NCBI GenBank assembly: GCA_050246755.1
Contig: JBFWVL010000002.1
Coordinates: 128,001 to 192,000, forward strand
DNA: 64,000 nucleotides
Source of the DNA: Bacteriovoracia bacterium
Lineage (GTDB): Bacteria > Bdellovibrionota > UBA1018 > CAIPTA01
Direction: 5' to 3'
The position numbers and the translations under genes are program-made. Positions 1-8,443 of the stretch are shown here, one piece after another; position 1 is the first letter of the stretch, and each line of letters starts with the position of its first letter. Below the pieces are notes generated by a model. That model saw only the letters and a list, made by a program, of their open reading frames with translations, searched no databases and was not told where the DNA came from.

Positions 1-2
1 TG

Positions 3-2183
3 GCGAAAGGCCTCTCGCGTTTCCGCATCAATGATTTTGCCGAGACCGAGGGAATGATTTCCGCGCAGGGCCAGGTTTGGGATGATCTCAATGATCTCGA
101 CGATGGCACGCGGTCGGCGCTCCTCGATAGCTTAAAGACGGTGGCGCAGGACATCCTCAGTCTTCTCCCCACTGATGTGCAGCAGCTTTCCGAGATGCTC
201 TCGGGCATCGATGAGCTCGGTTTTCTCACTCATCTTATTTCCGCCAACCTGGATCTCACGGTGGCCAAGCGCCAGGCGTTACTCGAAACGATCTCGGTAA
301 AAACGCGGGCGCTGACCGTGCTGGAGATCCTCCAGGAGAGAAAAAATAATCTCCAGGTGCAAAGCGAGATTCGCGATAAGCTGAGCCAGAAATTCGGCAA
401 GCAGCAGCGGGATCATATTCTCCGCGAACAGCTCCGTACGATTCGGGAAGAGCTCGGCGAAGGCGGAGGCGACGGAGAAAATAAAAAAGACGATTACAAA
501 ACAAAAATCGAAAAAGCCGGGATGCCCGCCGAAGTGAAAAAAATCGCGCTCGACGAATGGAAACGCCTGGAAGATATCGGTAACTCCCCGGAAGCCCACG
601 TGATTCGCAATTACCTCGATCTTCTCTGCGCGATGCCCTGGAATACCTCGGCGCCTGAGCAAATCGATCTCGAGCACGCGAAATCCGTGCTTGAGGCGGA
701 TCACCATGGCTTGGAGAAAATAAAAAAACGCGTGCTCCAGCATCTAGCCGTAATGAAACTGTTGGCCGGACGTCCGAAGCCGGTTCTGGCGGAGGGCGAA
801 GTGGCTCCCCTCGGCAAGGATGGGAAACGCGGTTCCATACTGCTTTTCGTGGGTCCTCCGGGTGTGGGAAAAACCTCGCTTGGCCAAAGTATCGCGCGGG
901 CGCTCGGAAGAAAATTCGTGCGGGTCAGCCTCGGCGGCGTGCGCGACGATTCGGAGATCCGTGGGCACCGCCGCACCTATATCGGCGCGATGCCGGGCCG
1001 CGTAGTGCAAGGAATCAAGCGCGCGGGGGAAAATAATCCCGTGGTGATGCTCGATGAGATCGATAAGCTCGGCTCCGGTTTCCAGGGAGATCCGGCCGCG
1101 GCCCTGCTCGAGGTACTGGACCCTGAGCAAAACGCCACGTTCACGGATCACTACCTCGACGTGCCGTTCGATCTCTCGAAAGTATTTTTTATCGCCACGG
1201 CGAATAGTTTGGAAACGATTCCCGGCCCTTTGCTCGATCGAATGGAAGTGATCGAGCTTGGTGGCTATACCACCGCCGAAAAATTCCATATCGCCAAAAC
1301 GCACTTGATACCTAAGCAGCTTGGCGAGCACGGGCTCGACGATTCGCAGCTATTGATCCTCGACGATACCTTATTGAAGGTGATCAACGATTATACCCGC
1401 GAAGCGGGCGTGAGGAATTTGCAGCGTAAGCTGGCCACGATTTGCCGGGCCTCGACCGAGAAGGTATTGGCTCCCGATGCAATCTTGCCCATCAAGACGC
1501 AAATCTCCGATCTCGACGAAATGCTGGGACCGGAGCGCTACCAGCACGAGAAAGCGGAGCGCGAGGTGCCTCCGGGGGTGGTAACGGGCTTGGCCTGGAC
1601 TCCCGTGGGCGGCGAGATTCTTTTTATCGAATCGAGCTTGATGCCCGGATCGGGAAGATTGATTCTCACCGGCCAGCTTGGCGAAGTGATGAAGGAATCG
1701 GCGCAGATCGCCTTGAGCCTGGTGCGCTCGCGCCTCCCGCTCGCGGTAGGAGTAGGCGAAGTGGACAAGCGCGATATTCATATTCACGTGCCGGCCGGCT
1801 CCGTTCCGAAAGACGGCCCGAGCGCCGGCGTGGCGATCACCACGGCCTTGGCCTCCCTTTATCTGGGAAAAAGCGTGGACGTGAAAACCGCGATGACCGG
1901 CGAAGTCACGCTGCGCGGGATGGTTACGCCCGTGGGCGGGATCAAAGAGAAAGTAATTGCGGCGCATCGCGCGGGAATAAAGCGGCTAATTCTTTCGCGG
2001 CAAAACGAGAAAGACCTTCGCGACGTTCCGGCCGAGGTTCGCAAAGACTTGCAGTTTACCTTCGTGGATACGATCACGGACGTATTCAAAGAAGTACTAG
2101 GGGTGGATACTTTACAGAATCCGTTCCTAGGAAAACCAGCCAGCACCGCGCCGAGCGCGGGCGGTGTGGCCGGAGTGGCTTAA
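3..2183 (+). CDS. lon: ATP-dependent Lon protease (5'-truncated by window edge)
   Basis: Walker A GPPGVGKTS, RRTYIGAMPG, Walker B MLDEIDK, protease motif PKDGPSAG. The frame is open upstream of ATG 54 to the window start (AKGLSRFRI, Lon N-domain). Confidence 0.97.
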   Translation, partial: AKGLSRFRINDFAETEGMISAQGQVWDDLNDLDDGTRSALLDSLKTVAQDILSLLPTDVQQLSEMLSGIDELGFLTHLISANLDLTVAKRQALLETISVKTRALTVLEILQERKNNLQVQSEIRDKLSQKFGKQQRDHILREQLRTIREELGEGGGDGENKKDDYKTKIEKAGMPAEVKKIALDEWKRLEDIGNSPEAHVIRNYLDLLCAMPWNTSAPEQIDLEHAKSVLEADHHGLEKIKKRVLQHLAVMKLLAGRPKPVLAEGEVAPLGKDGKRGSILLFVGPPGVGKTSLGQSIARALGRKFVRVSLGGVRDDSEIRGHRRTYIGAMPGRVVQGIKRAGENNPVVMLDEIDKLGSGFQGDPAAALLEVLDPEQNATFTDHYLDVPFDLSKVFFIATANSLETIPGPLLDRMEVIELGGYTTAEKFHIAKTHLIPKQLGEHGLDDSQLLILDDTLLKVINDYTREAGVRNLQRKLATICRASTEKVLAPDAILPIKTQISDLDEMLGPERYQHEKAEREVPPGVVTGLAWTPVGGEILFIESSLMPGSGRLILTGQLGEVMKESAQIALSLVRSRLPLAVGVGEVDKRDIHIHVPAGSVPKDGPSAGVAITTALASLYLGKSVDVKTAMTGEVTLRGMVTPVGGIKEKVIAAHRAGIKRLILSRQNEKDLRDVPAEVRKDLQFTFVDTITDVFKEVLGVDTLQNPFLGKPASTAPSAGGVAGVA

Positions 2184-2185
2184 CG

Positions 2186-2545
2186 TTAACCCGGCCAAAT
2201 GCCGCTTACGTCCCGGTCCTGGGGAAGAACGCGGTTAGGCCGGTAACTAAAGTTATCGTCGGTTTTATTCGTGGCTTTCACCGCGCCCATTTCTTTCGTG
2301 ACCAGTTCGGGGTTCAGCGGTCTTTCGCTTGGTTCCTTCTTGCCCTGGAAGAAATCACGCACGCTCGTCCAGAATCCTTTGCGGTGGTAGAGCTGTCCTT
2401 TTAGGCGCTGGCTCGCGCGTCTCGTTTTCGGATCGTCGTTGTAGCCTTGCACATTGGTGGGGGCGCGGTACGAAAAGCCCCGTAAATCGGAATGATCCGG
2501 TACTGGAATAGTGGCCTTAATATTGTCTCTATTTTCGGCTGGCAT
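2186..2545 (-). CDS. small hydrophilic hypothetical protein (119 aa)
   Basis: ATG at 2545 preceded by AGGAGG and a sigma54-like promoter; fills the gap between lon and the aldo/keto reductase. Confidence 0.7.
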   Translation of the reverse strand: MPAENRDNIKATIPVPDHSDLRGFSYRAPTNVQGYNDDPKTRRASQRLKGQLYHRKGFWTSVRDFFQGKKEPSERPLNPELVTKEMGAVKATNKTDDNFSYRPNRVLPQDRDVSGIWPG

Positions 2546-2590
2546 GTAGTCTTCCTCCTGCGCTGGCGTTGGCCAGCAGCATGGAATAAA

Positions 2591-2606
2591 TGCAATTTTC
2601 TGGCCG
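2591..2606 (-). promoter_or_regulatory. putative sigma54 (-24/-12) promoter
   Basis: Minus strand CGGCCAGAAAATTGCA = GG-N10-GC with TTGCA, about 45 nt upstream of the 2545 start. Confidence 0.5.
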
Positions 2607-2624
2607 TTCCGGAATGAGGCAAAT

Positions 2625-3578
2625 TTACTGAACGGAACTGGCGGCGGAAAGGACAGCCAGCGATCCGGAATCCAATTCCAGGCGAGTGGAGGCCAAAAGC
2701 TGATCCAATTGGCCGAGATTGCTGGCACTGGCAATCGGCGCCGAAACGGTAGGTTGGGCCATGAGCCAGGCCAGCGCCACCGCCGAAGGCGTGGATTCCA
2801 GGTCTTCGGCTACCTGATCGAGTGCGGCGAGGATCCTCATTCCCCGTTCATTCAAATAGCGCTCGGCCCCGGTGCCACGCATGCTGCGTTTTAAATCGTC
2901 CTTGCCGCGGTATTTTCCGCTGAGGAATCCGCTCGCGAGGGAATAGTAGGGGATCACGGCCACGCCGAATTCCCGGCATACCGGCATCAGCGAGGCCTCG
3001 AATTCCATGCGGTCGTAGAGATTATAGAGGGGCTGGAGGCTAATGTAGGACGGGATTTTTGCTCGCTGGCTGATCTTCAGTGCCTCGGCGAGGCGGGCGC
3101 CCGAGTAGTTAGAGGCGCCAATGGCCCGCACTTTTCCGCTCTCCACTAGGCGCGCGAACGCATCGAGGGTTTCTTCGAGGGGAGTATTGGCGTCGTCACG
3201 GTGGGCCTGGTATAGGTCAATATAATCTGTTTGTAAGCGGCGCAGGGATTCTTCCGCCGCCAGAATAATCCGCTCCTTCTTCAAGCCTTCTTTTCCTTCG
3301 CCCATTTTCATTCCCACCTTGGTGGCGATGATCACGTCGTCGCGGCGCCCGCGCTTGCGTAACCACTTGCCGATGATGGTTTCGGATTCTCCCCCTGTGT
3401 TTCCAGGCATCCAGCTGGAGTATACGTCGGCGGTATCGAGAAAGTTTCCGCCGCCGGCGGTGAATCCGTCGAGGAGGCTGAAGGAAGTGGCTTCGTCTAC
3501 CGTCCAGCCAAAGGGATTACACCCAAAGCAAAGGGAGGTTACTTCGAGTTTCGACTTTCCTAGATTTCTTTTTTTCAT
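2625..3578 (-). CDS. aldo/keto reductase
   Basis: FLDTADVY, IATKVG, SLRRLQTDYIDLYQAH, GKVRAIGASN motifs. Confidence 0.95.
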   Translation of the reverse strand: MKKRNLGKSKLEVTSLCFGCNPFGWTVDEATSFSLLDGFTAGGGNFLDTADVYSSWMPGNTGGESETIIGKWLRKRGRRDDVIIATKVGMKMGEGKEGLKKERIILAAEESLRRLQTDYIDLYQAHRDDANTPLEETLDAFARLVESGKVRAIGASNYSGARLAEALKISQRAKIPSYISLQPLYNLYDRMEFEASLMPVCREFGVAVIPYYSLASGFLSGKYRGKDDLKRSMRGTGAERYLNERGMRILAALDQVAEDLESTPSAVALAWLMAQPTVSAPIASASNLGQLDQLLASTRLELDSGSLAVLSAASSVQ

Positions 3579-3608
3579 TCTAATGATTTTAGCACAGAAA
3601 AAACGACC

Positions 3609-5468
3609 CTACTGAAAAACCACGATGGCGGGCTGCAGGCAATCTGCCACCTTTTCTTGGAGCGTGGCGAAAGCGGGGCTCTGGATATCGCTGAGCGGAA
3701 TCGGAGATTTTTTGAATTGCAGTTCCTCGCTTAGCTCTAGGGCATCGCCGCGTAGGCGAAAGGAACGAGTAAAATCCAGCCAAGCCGATTTAATTTTGCA
3801 GCTGGGCTGATTTTTGAGTAGGGCCTTTTTTCCGAGGAAACGAATTTTCCGGCGCCAGGTTTTAGGATCCTGCAGGTAAAGGCCCGAGATTCTCTCGGCG
3901 CGGCGGAACTGAAGCTGTCCGAGGTAGGGAGGCGCGGGCACGAAGAAACCGGCGCCCGCGGAAGTTTGCACCGGATTCCAGCGTTTGGAAAATTCGAACT
4001 TGGTGGAAAAGTCCTTCACGATGCGGGAAGAAAAGTCGAACGGCGGAAATTTCCAGCCTAGGAGGTTGCCCGGATCGGTCAGCCAGCTCACCAGCTCGTA
4101 GTCGATATGGGATTTTTCCCACATCAGTGAGGTGCCCGTCATGCCGATGATCGCCCGCCCGCCGAGCGTGAAGTTTCCGTCGGCTTTGAGAATGGATTTT
4201 GGAAAAAAATGCAGGTTCATTTCGATATCGATCAGGCTTCCGTTTGCGGTGGCGGGCGAAATTTTTCTCGGTGAAAGGTTGGTGGGGTCCAGCACGAGCG
4301 CATTCCGTCCCGCGATGTCTTCGTAGACGCCCTGGGCGAAGCTGGTAGTATTCGTGGGATCCACCCAATATTCCCGGCCGTTTTTTTTGGCGTACACAAT
4401 GGCGTGATTGTAGGTGCCGGTGGGCAGGCGGATCGGCGCGTCGCTCCAGTTGCGCGCCCGGTTCGTCCAAGCCACGTGGGTATCGAAGCCTAGTTTGCGT
4501 AAGATCGTGGCGGTCACGGTGGAAAAATCCTTGCAGTCGCCAAAGCCGGTATCGGCCACCACTTGCAGCGGCCGGGGATGGCAGAGTCCTTCCACCGGCA
4601 CCCAGTCGCCCACGTAGCGCACGGCATGTGCCAGCTGCGAAGTGACGCTGTTGATTTGATCCACGTCTTTTTTTTCTAGCTTTGCCTTTTCGTAGATCGC
4701 GAGGAAGCGGCCCGGCAGCTCTCCTTTATCCAAGATCGCCTCGTAGGCGGAAGGGGTGAGTACCGGAAAGCTGTTCCAATCTTTGGCGGTGGAAACGGCG
4801 ATCCAAGGGAGAGAAGCCGCGTTCATATTTACGTCGTCCTCTTCCGTCACGGTTTTATATACGGGCTTTTTAAGCTCTATTTTTAGCGTGAAAAGATCTC
4901 CTTCTTTTCCGCTCGTGGCCTCTAGCACCTGTTCCGGATCGTTTAGCTCATAGTAAAGCGGCACCTCCGACTCGTAGGTGAGAATCATCCCGCGCTGTAG
5001 TTCGCCCCAGCCCACCGCGTATTGCACGGCGAATAAATCCTGGATGGGAGGGCTTTTGATCACGCGGCGATACCGGTAGTGCACATGGGAGCCCACATTC
5101 ACGTCGGGAAACGCAATGGTTACTTGGCGTTGCTCGTCGAATCCGGCACCGGAGCTCGCGAGGGGTTTAATTTCGATATGCTGCGCGCGTACGGGAATTT
5201 TCTTTTCGCCATTCTGGGTAAATGCCTCGAGCAGTTCATAGTCGCTGGCGTGGGCATCGAAGTTCATTCGCGTAAGGCCCATGTTCAGCCGCTCGTTGTC
5301 CTTCAAAATTTCCACTTCGCGGGCAGTTTCTACCGAATAACGTCCGCCTTTTTTTATCTTGTATGCGGCGGTTTCCATCACGATGGCATAACCGGCTTCT
5401 TTCCTGTCGGCCCAACGGGCAAGAGCAGGTGGAACCAATAAGAGAGAGAGAAGCAGATAAAATTTCAT
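3609..5468 (-). CDS. secreted DUF3857 / transglutaminase-like domain protein
   Basis: Signal peptide; IAFPDVNVGS (DUF3857-like); transglutaminase triad motifs GDCKD, YNHAI, WVDPT. Confidence 0.85.
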   Translation of the reverse strand: MKFYLLLSLLLVPPALARWADRKEAGYAIVMETAAYKIKKGGRYSVETAREVEILKDNERLNMGLTRMNFDAHASDYELLEAFTQNGEKKIPVRAQHIEIKPLASSGAGFDEQRQVTIAFPDVNVGSHVHYRYRRVIKSPPIQDLFAVQYAVGWGELQRGMILTYESEVPLYYELNDPEQVLEATSGKEGDLFTLKIELKKPVYKTVTEEDDVNMNAASLPWIAVSTAKDWNSFPVLTPSAYEAILDKGELPGRFLAIYEKAKLEKKDVDQINSVTSQLAHAVRYVGDWVPVEGLCHPRPLQVVADTGFGDCKDFSTVTATILRKLGFDTHVAWTNRARNWSDAPIRLPTGTYNHAIVYAKKNGREYWVDPTNTTSFAQGVYEDIAGRNALVLDPTNLSPRKISPATANGSLIDIEMNLHFFPKSILKADGNFTLGGRAIIGMTGTSLMWEKSHIDYELVSWLTDPGNLLGWKFPPFDFSSRIVKDFSTKFEFSKRWNPVQTSAGAGFFVPAPPYLGQLQFRRAERISGLYLQDPKTWRRKIRFLGKKALLKNQPSCKIKSAWLDFTRSFRLRGDALELSEELQFKKSPIPLSDIQSPAFATLQEKVADCLQPAIVVFQ

Positions 5469-5550
5469 GCCCTAGTATTTTTGTGTGCCGGGAAGTGAAT
5501 GTCTACGCTTTTCGCGGCAAAGATGCCGATCCGGCCATAACGCGATTTTC

Positions 5551-5567
5551 TTGGCGCAGATATTGTA
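5551..5567 (+). promoter_or_regulatory. possible sigma54-like promoter
   Basis: TTGGCGCAGATATTGTA; good -24 box, but the -12 box is TTGT instead of TTGC. Confidence 0.35.
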
Positions 5568-5602
5568 AGGATACCTATTGGGTCCCTAAACCGGAGGTAG
5601 CT

Positions 5603-6592
5603 ATGCCGAATACACCGAGCATTAATCCAACCCAGGTAAGCGCCAGAAATACGGAAGGAGGGGCTCGTTTTAACCTCGCGCTTTTCTCCACTTTAGATGC
5701 CCTCGAGGAGGCACAAATCCCCTTTGCCCTCATCGGGGGGGTGGCCGCGAGTGGTTTGGGACGTCCCCGTTCTACCCACGACATCGATATTTTCGTTCGC
5801 CCTGAAGACGCCGAATCCGCCGTGCAGGCCCTAGCGGCCAAAGGTTTTCGCACCGAGAGAACCGATATCGAATGGCTTTTCAAAGCGTTCAAGGAAGATA
5901 TTTTGGTAGATATCGTGTTTCGTTCCAAAGGCGATATTTATTTCGACGATGAGATGCACCGGAACCGCAAGCTCGTGGAATTCCATGGCCGAAAAGTTCC
6001 GCTCGTGAGTCCGGAAGACCTGGTCATCATCAAGTGTGCTGTGCACTATGAAGGCGGGCCCCACCATTGGCATGATGCGCTCGCGATCTTGTCTCACGCC
6101 ACGATCGACTGGAACTATTTGCTGAAGCGCGCCCGCCGGGCCCCGCGCAGATTGCTCGCCCTCCTACTTTACGCGCAATCGAGCGATATCTTGATTCCCA
6201 ATTCCATGATCGTGAATCTCTTTCACCATATTTTCGTGGACGACGGAAAAATCGGAAACCAAAACCTGCCTCCGCTCGAGAAGCCGCGGACTATTTCGGC
6301 CGAAAAAAGCAAGCTGCATCCTGCGGCCAGCCCGGTTCCGGAAAATAATTCTCCCGACTATTTGCTCGCGCATATCCGCCAAGCCCTGGCCGAAGACGGC
6401 CGCACCGCCCAGCAGGACCTGAAGATTCTCCTCGATGGGAATCGCCTCGTGGTGAAAGGAGAATGCCCTTCCGAGGCCCGCTGCAAAGCGGTGGTGGACG
6501 TGATCCGCTCCGTTGCGCCCGGGCTTGAGATCTCCAACCAGATCCAGCTCACGCACAATGAGGCACCCGAACGCGCCGAGGTGATATCGTGA
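5603..6592 (+). CDS. nucleotidyltransferase family protein with C-terminal BON-like domain
   Basis: SD GGAGG before ATG 5603; pol-beta-type motif LIGGVAA...RSTHDIDIFV; C-terminal DYLLAHIRQALAED...LVVKGEC...PGLEISNQIQL resembles BON. Confidence 0.85.
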   Translation: MPNTPSINPTQVSARNTEGGARFNLALFSTLDALEEAQIPFALIGGVAASGLGRPRSTHDIDIFVRPEDAESAVQALAAKGFRTERTDIEWLFKAFKEDILVDIVFRSKGDIYFDDEMHRNRKLVEFHGRKVPLVSPEDLVIIKCAVHYEGGPHHWHDALAILSHATIDWNYLLKRARRAPRRLLALLLYAQSSDILIPNSMIVNLFHHIFVDDGKIGNQNLPPLEKPRTISAEKSKLHPAASPVPENNSPDYLLAHIRQALAEDGRTAQQDLKILLDGNRLVVKGECPSEARCKAVVDVIRSVAPGLEISNQIQLTHNEAPERAEVIS

Positions 6593-7368
6593 TCCGGCTA
6601 GCGGCGGTGGGGGACGTACATTTCGACCGAGATTCCAAGGGCCGCATCGCCGATTACCACGACGATATTTCGCTGGGCTCCGATATTTTTCTTTTGGCCG
6701 GAGACCTAACCCAGACCGGCCATCCCGAAGAAGCGCAAGTACTGGTAGACGATCTCGCGCAAATTCGCGTGCCCGTGGTGGCTGTGCTCGGCAATCACGA
6801 TTACCACCTAGGGAAGGAGCGTGAGATTAAGGCCATGCTGGAAGGAGTGGGCGTGAGCGTGCTCGAAGGAAGTTCCGTGGTGCTCAGTGTGCGAGGGGCG
6901 GCCGTGGGAATCGCGGGCATCAAGGGCTTCGGCGGAGGATTTTCCGGCGCCTGCGCCAGCGAGTTCGGCGAGCTTGAGATGAAGGAATTTATCCGCTACA
7001 CCAAACAGGGGGCGAACTTATTGCGGGAATCTTTGGTCTCGCTGGATACTCCCTACAAAGTGGCGCTCCTGCACTATTCACCGGTGGGCGAAACGTTACT
7101 TGGCGAGAAGCGGGAGATCTATCCTTTTCTCGGCAGTTATCTGCTCGCCGAAGCGGTGGATGAGGGAAAGGCCGACATCGCTTTCCACGGCCACGCGCAT
7201 AAGGGAGTGGAGCGGGGGCTCACGGCCGGCGGAGTGCCAGTGCGAAACGTGGCGCAGCCGGTGATTCGCCACGTTTGCAATATCTATACGATCGATAAAG
7301 AGGGCATCAAGTGCGCCCAGAATATGGCGCGGCGGGAAACTCCGAGCCCTCCGCAGGATCGGCTATAG
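6589..7368 (+). CDS. calcineurin-like metallophosphoesterase
   Basis: GDVH, AGDLT, LGNHD, HGHAH motifs; GTGA start/stop overlap with the upstream gene. Confidence 0.93.
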   Translation: MIRLAAVGDVHFDRDSKGRIADYHDDISLGSDIFLLAGDLTQTGHPEEAQVLVDDLAQIRVPVVAVLGNHDYHLGKEREIKAMLEGVGVSVLEGSSVVLSVRGAAVGIAGIKGFGGGFSGACASEFGELEMKEFIRYTKQGANLLRESLVSLDTPYKVALLHYSPVGETLLGEKREIYPFLGSYLLAEAVDEGKADIAFHGHAHKGVERGLTAGGVPVRNVAQPVIRHVCNIYTIDKEGIKCAQNMARRETPSPPQDRL

Positions 7369-7370
7369 GA

Positions 7371-8108
7371 TCAGTTTTTCTTCGAAAGCAGCGTGGTTGC
7401 GAATTCTTCCTTGAAGCCGAGCTTCTCAAAGAAACCTCGTAAGTAATCGCCCTTCGTTACTTGTAGGGTGGCTTCTGTGCAGCCTTTGGCAAAAGCATCG
7501 GTAATCGCTTTCTTGAGGATCGTGGCGCCCACGCCTTTTTTCCGCGCGCCGGGCAGAGTGGCGAGAGAATATAGGCCCACGGTGCTTGCAGTTCTCAGCG
7601 CGAGCACGACTCCCACCGGCGTATCTTTTTCGTAGCCCACGTAGAAGGTCTGGTTCTCGCTCTTGAGATTTTTCTCGTTGGCGTGGTGGAGGAAGGGGGC
7701 CCACTCCTGGTAGCCTTCGGGGGTGCCGAGAAATCCGCGTGCCTGCACGTCGGTGAAGGCGTAGATGTCTCCCTTGTTCTGGGCGATCCGCACATCTATT
7801 CCGGTATTTGCGGCGGGCCAGGAGTCCGGAATTTTTTCCAGCTGCATATAGCTGATGGCTCCGTTGGGACGGAAATTTTCGAAGCTGGAATCAAAAAGGT
7901 TTGCCCACGGCACGATCTGGAGCGTGTGGTATTCGGCCAGCACCTCGGGGGTTACGCCGGTGGTATTCGGGACGAGATAAGTAAATTCTTTTCGCTCGCT
8001 CTTCACGTGAATGCCATCGGCCGGGCGGCGCACTTCGGCCCGGTGGGTTTCAAGAAAAGCCATATGATTATCGAAAAGCGCGCGCCAGCGCTGCTCATGA
8101 ACTCCCAT
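7371..8108 (-). CDS. GNAT family N-acetyltransferase
   Basis: C-terminal LATLPGARKKGVG and FFEKLGF motifs; ATG 8108 has a GGAG SD (alternative TTG start at 8165). Confidence 0.85.
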   Translation of the reverse strand: MGVHEQRWRALFDNHMAFLETHRAEVRRPADGIHVKSERKEFTYLVPNTTGVTPEVLAEYHTLQIVPWANLFDSSFENFRPNGAISYMQLEKIPDSWPAANTGIDVRIAQNKGDIYAFTDVQARGFLGTPEGYQEWAPFLHHANEKNLKSENQTFYVGYEKDTPVGVVLALRTASTVGLYSLATLPGARKKGVGATILKKAITDAFAKGCTEATLQVTKGDYLRGFFEKLGFKEEFATTLLSKKN

Positions 8109-8443
8109 GGCGTACTCCGGCCTGCTGCGACATAACCGGTGTTCCAAAAAAAACTCCTGTGCCAATAAAGGTTCCGATCACATGCTCAATTGCCTCTCGG
8201 AGTCCCAAATCGCGTAGTAGAGCCTCTTTTTTCATAAAATTATTGTGTCAGTTGGCTAAGAATTCCGCCATTTTTCCGCGTAACCGAAAATGGATGTTGC
8301 ATGGGCATGGATCAATCGTGCTATGAAAAATTCTACGGAAAATCCTGAATTCTTGGGTGGGCAAGGGCTCGAATTGGTTTTTGCTGCGCTGGGTTAGCGT
8401 TATTTCGTAATTATTAGGTATAGTTATCTCAAGGTAGGGAACT

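Noticed and set aside
1442-2404. 320-aa Arg-rich alternative-frame ORF in lon
   Set aside because: Typical GC-rich off-frame ORF with no motif.
5363-5602. N-terminal extension of the nucleotidyltransferase
   Set aside because: It overlaps the divergent gene; ATG 5603 has a clear GGAGG SD.
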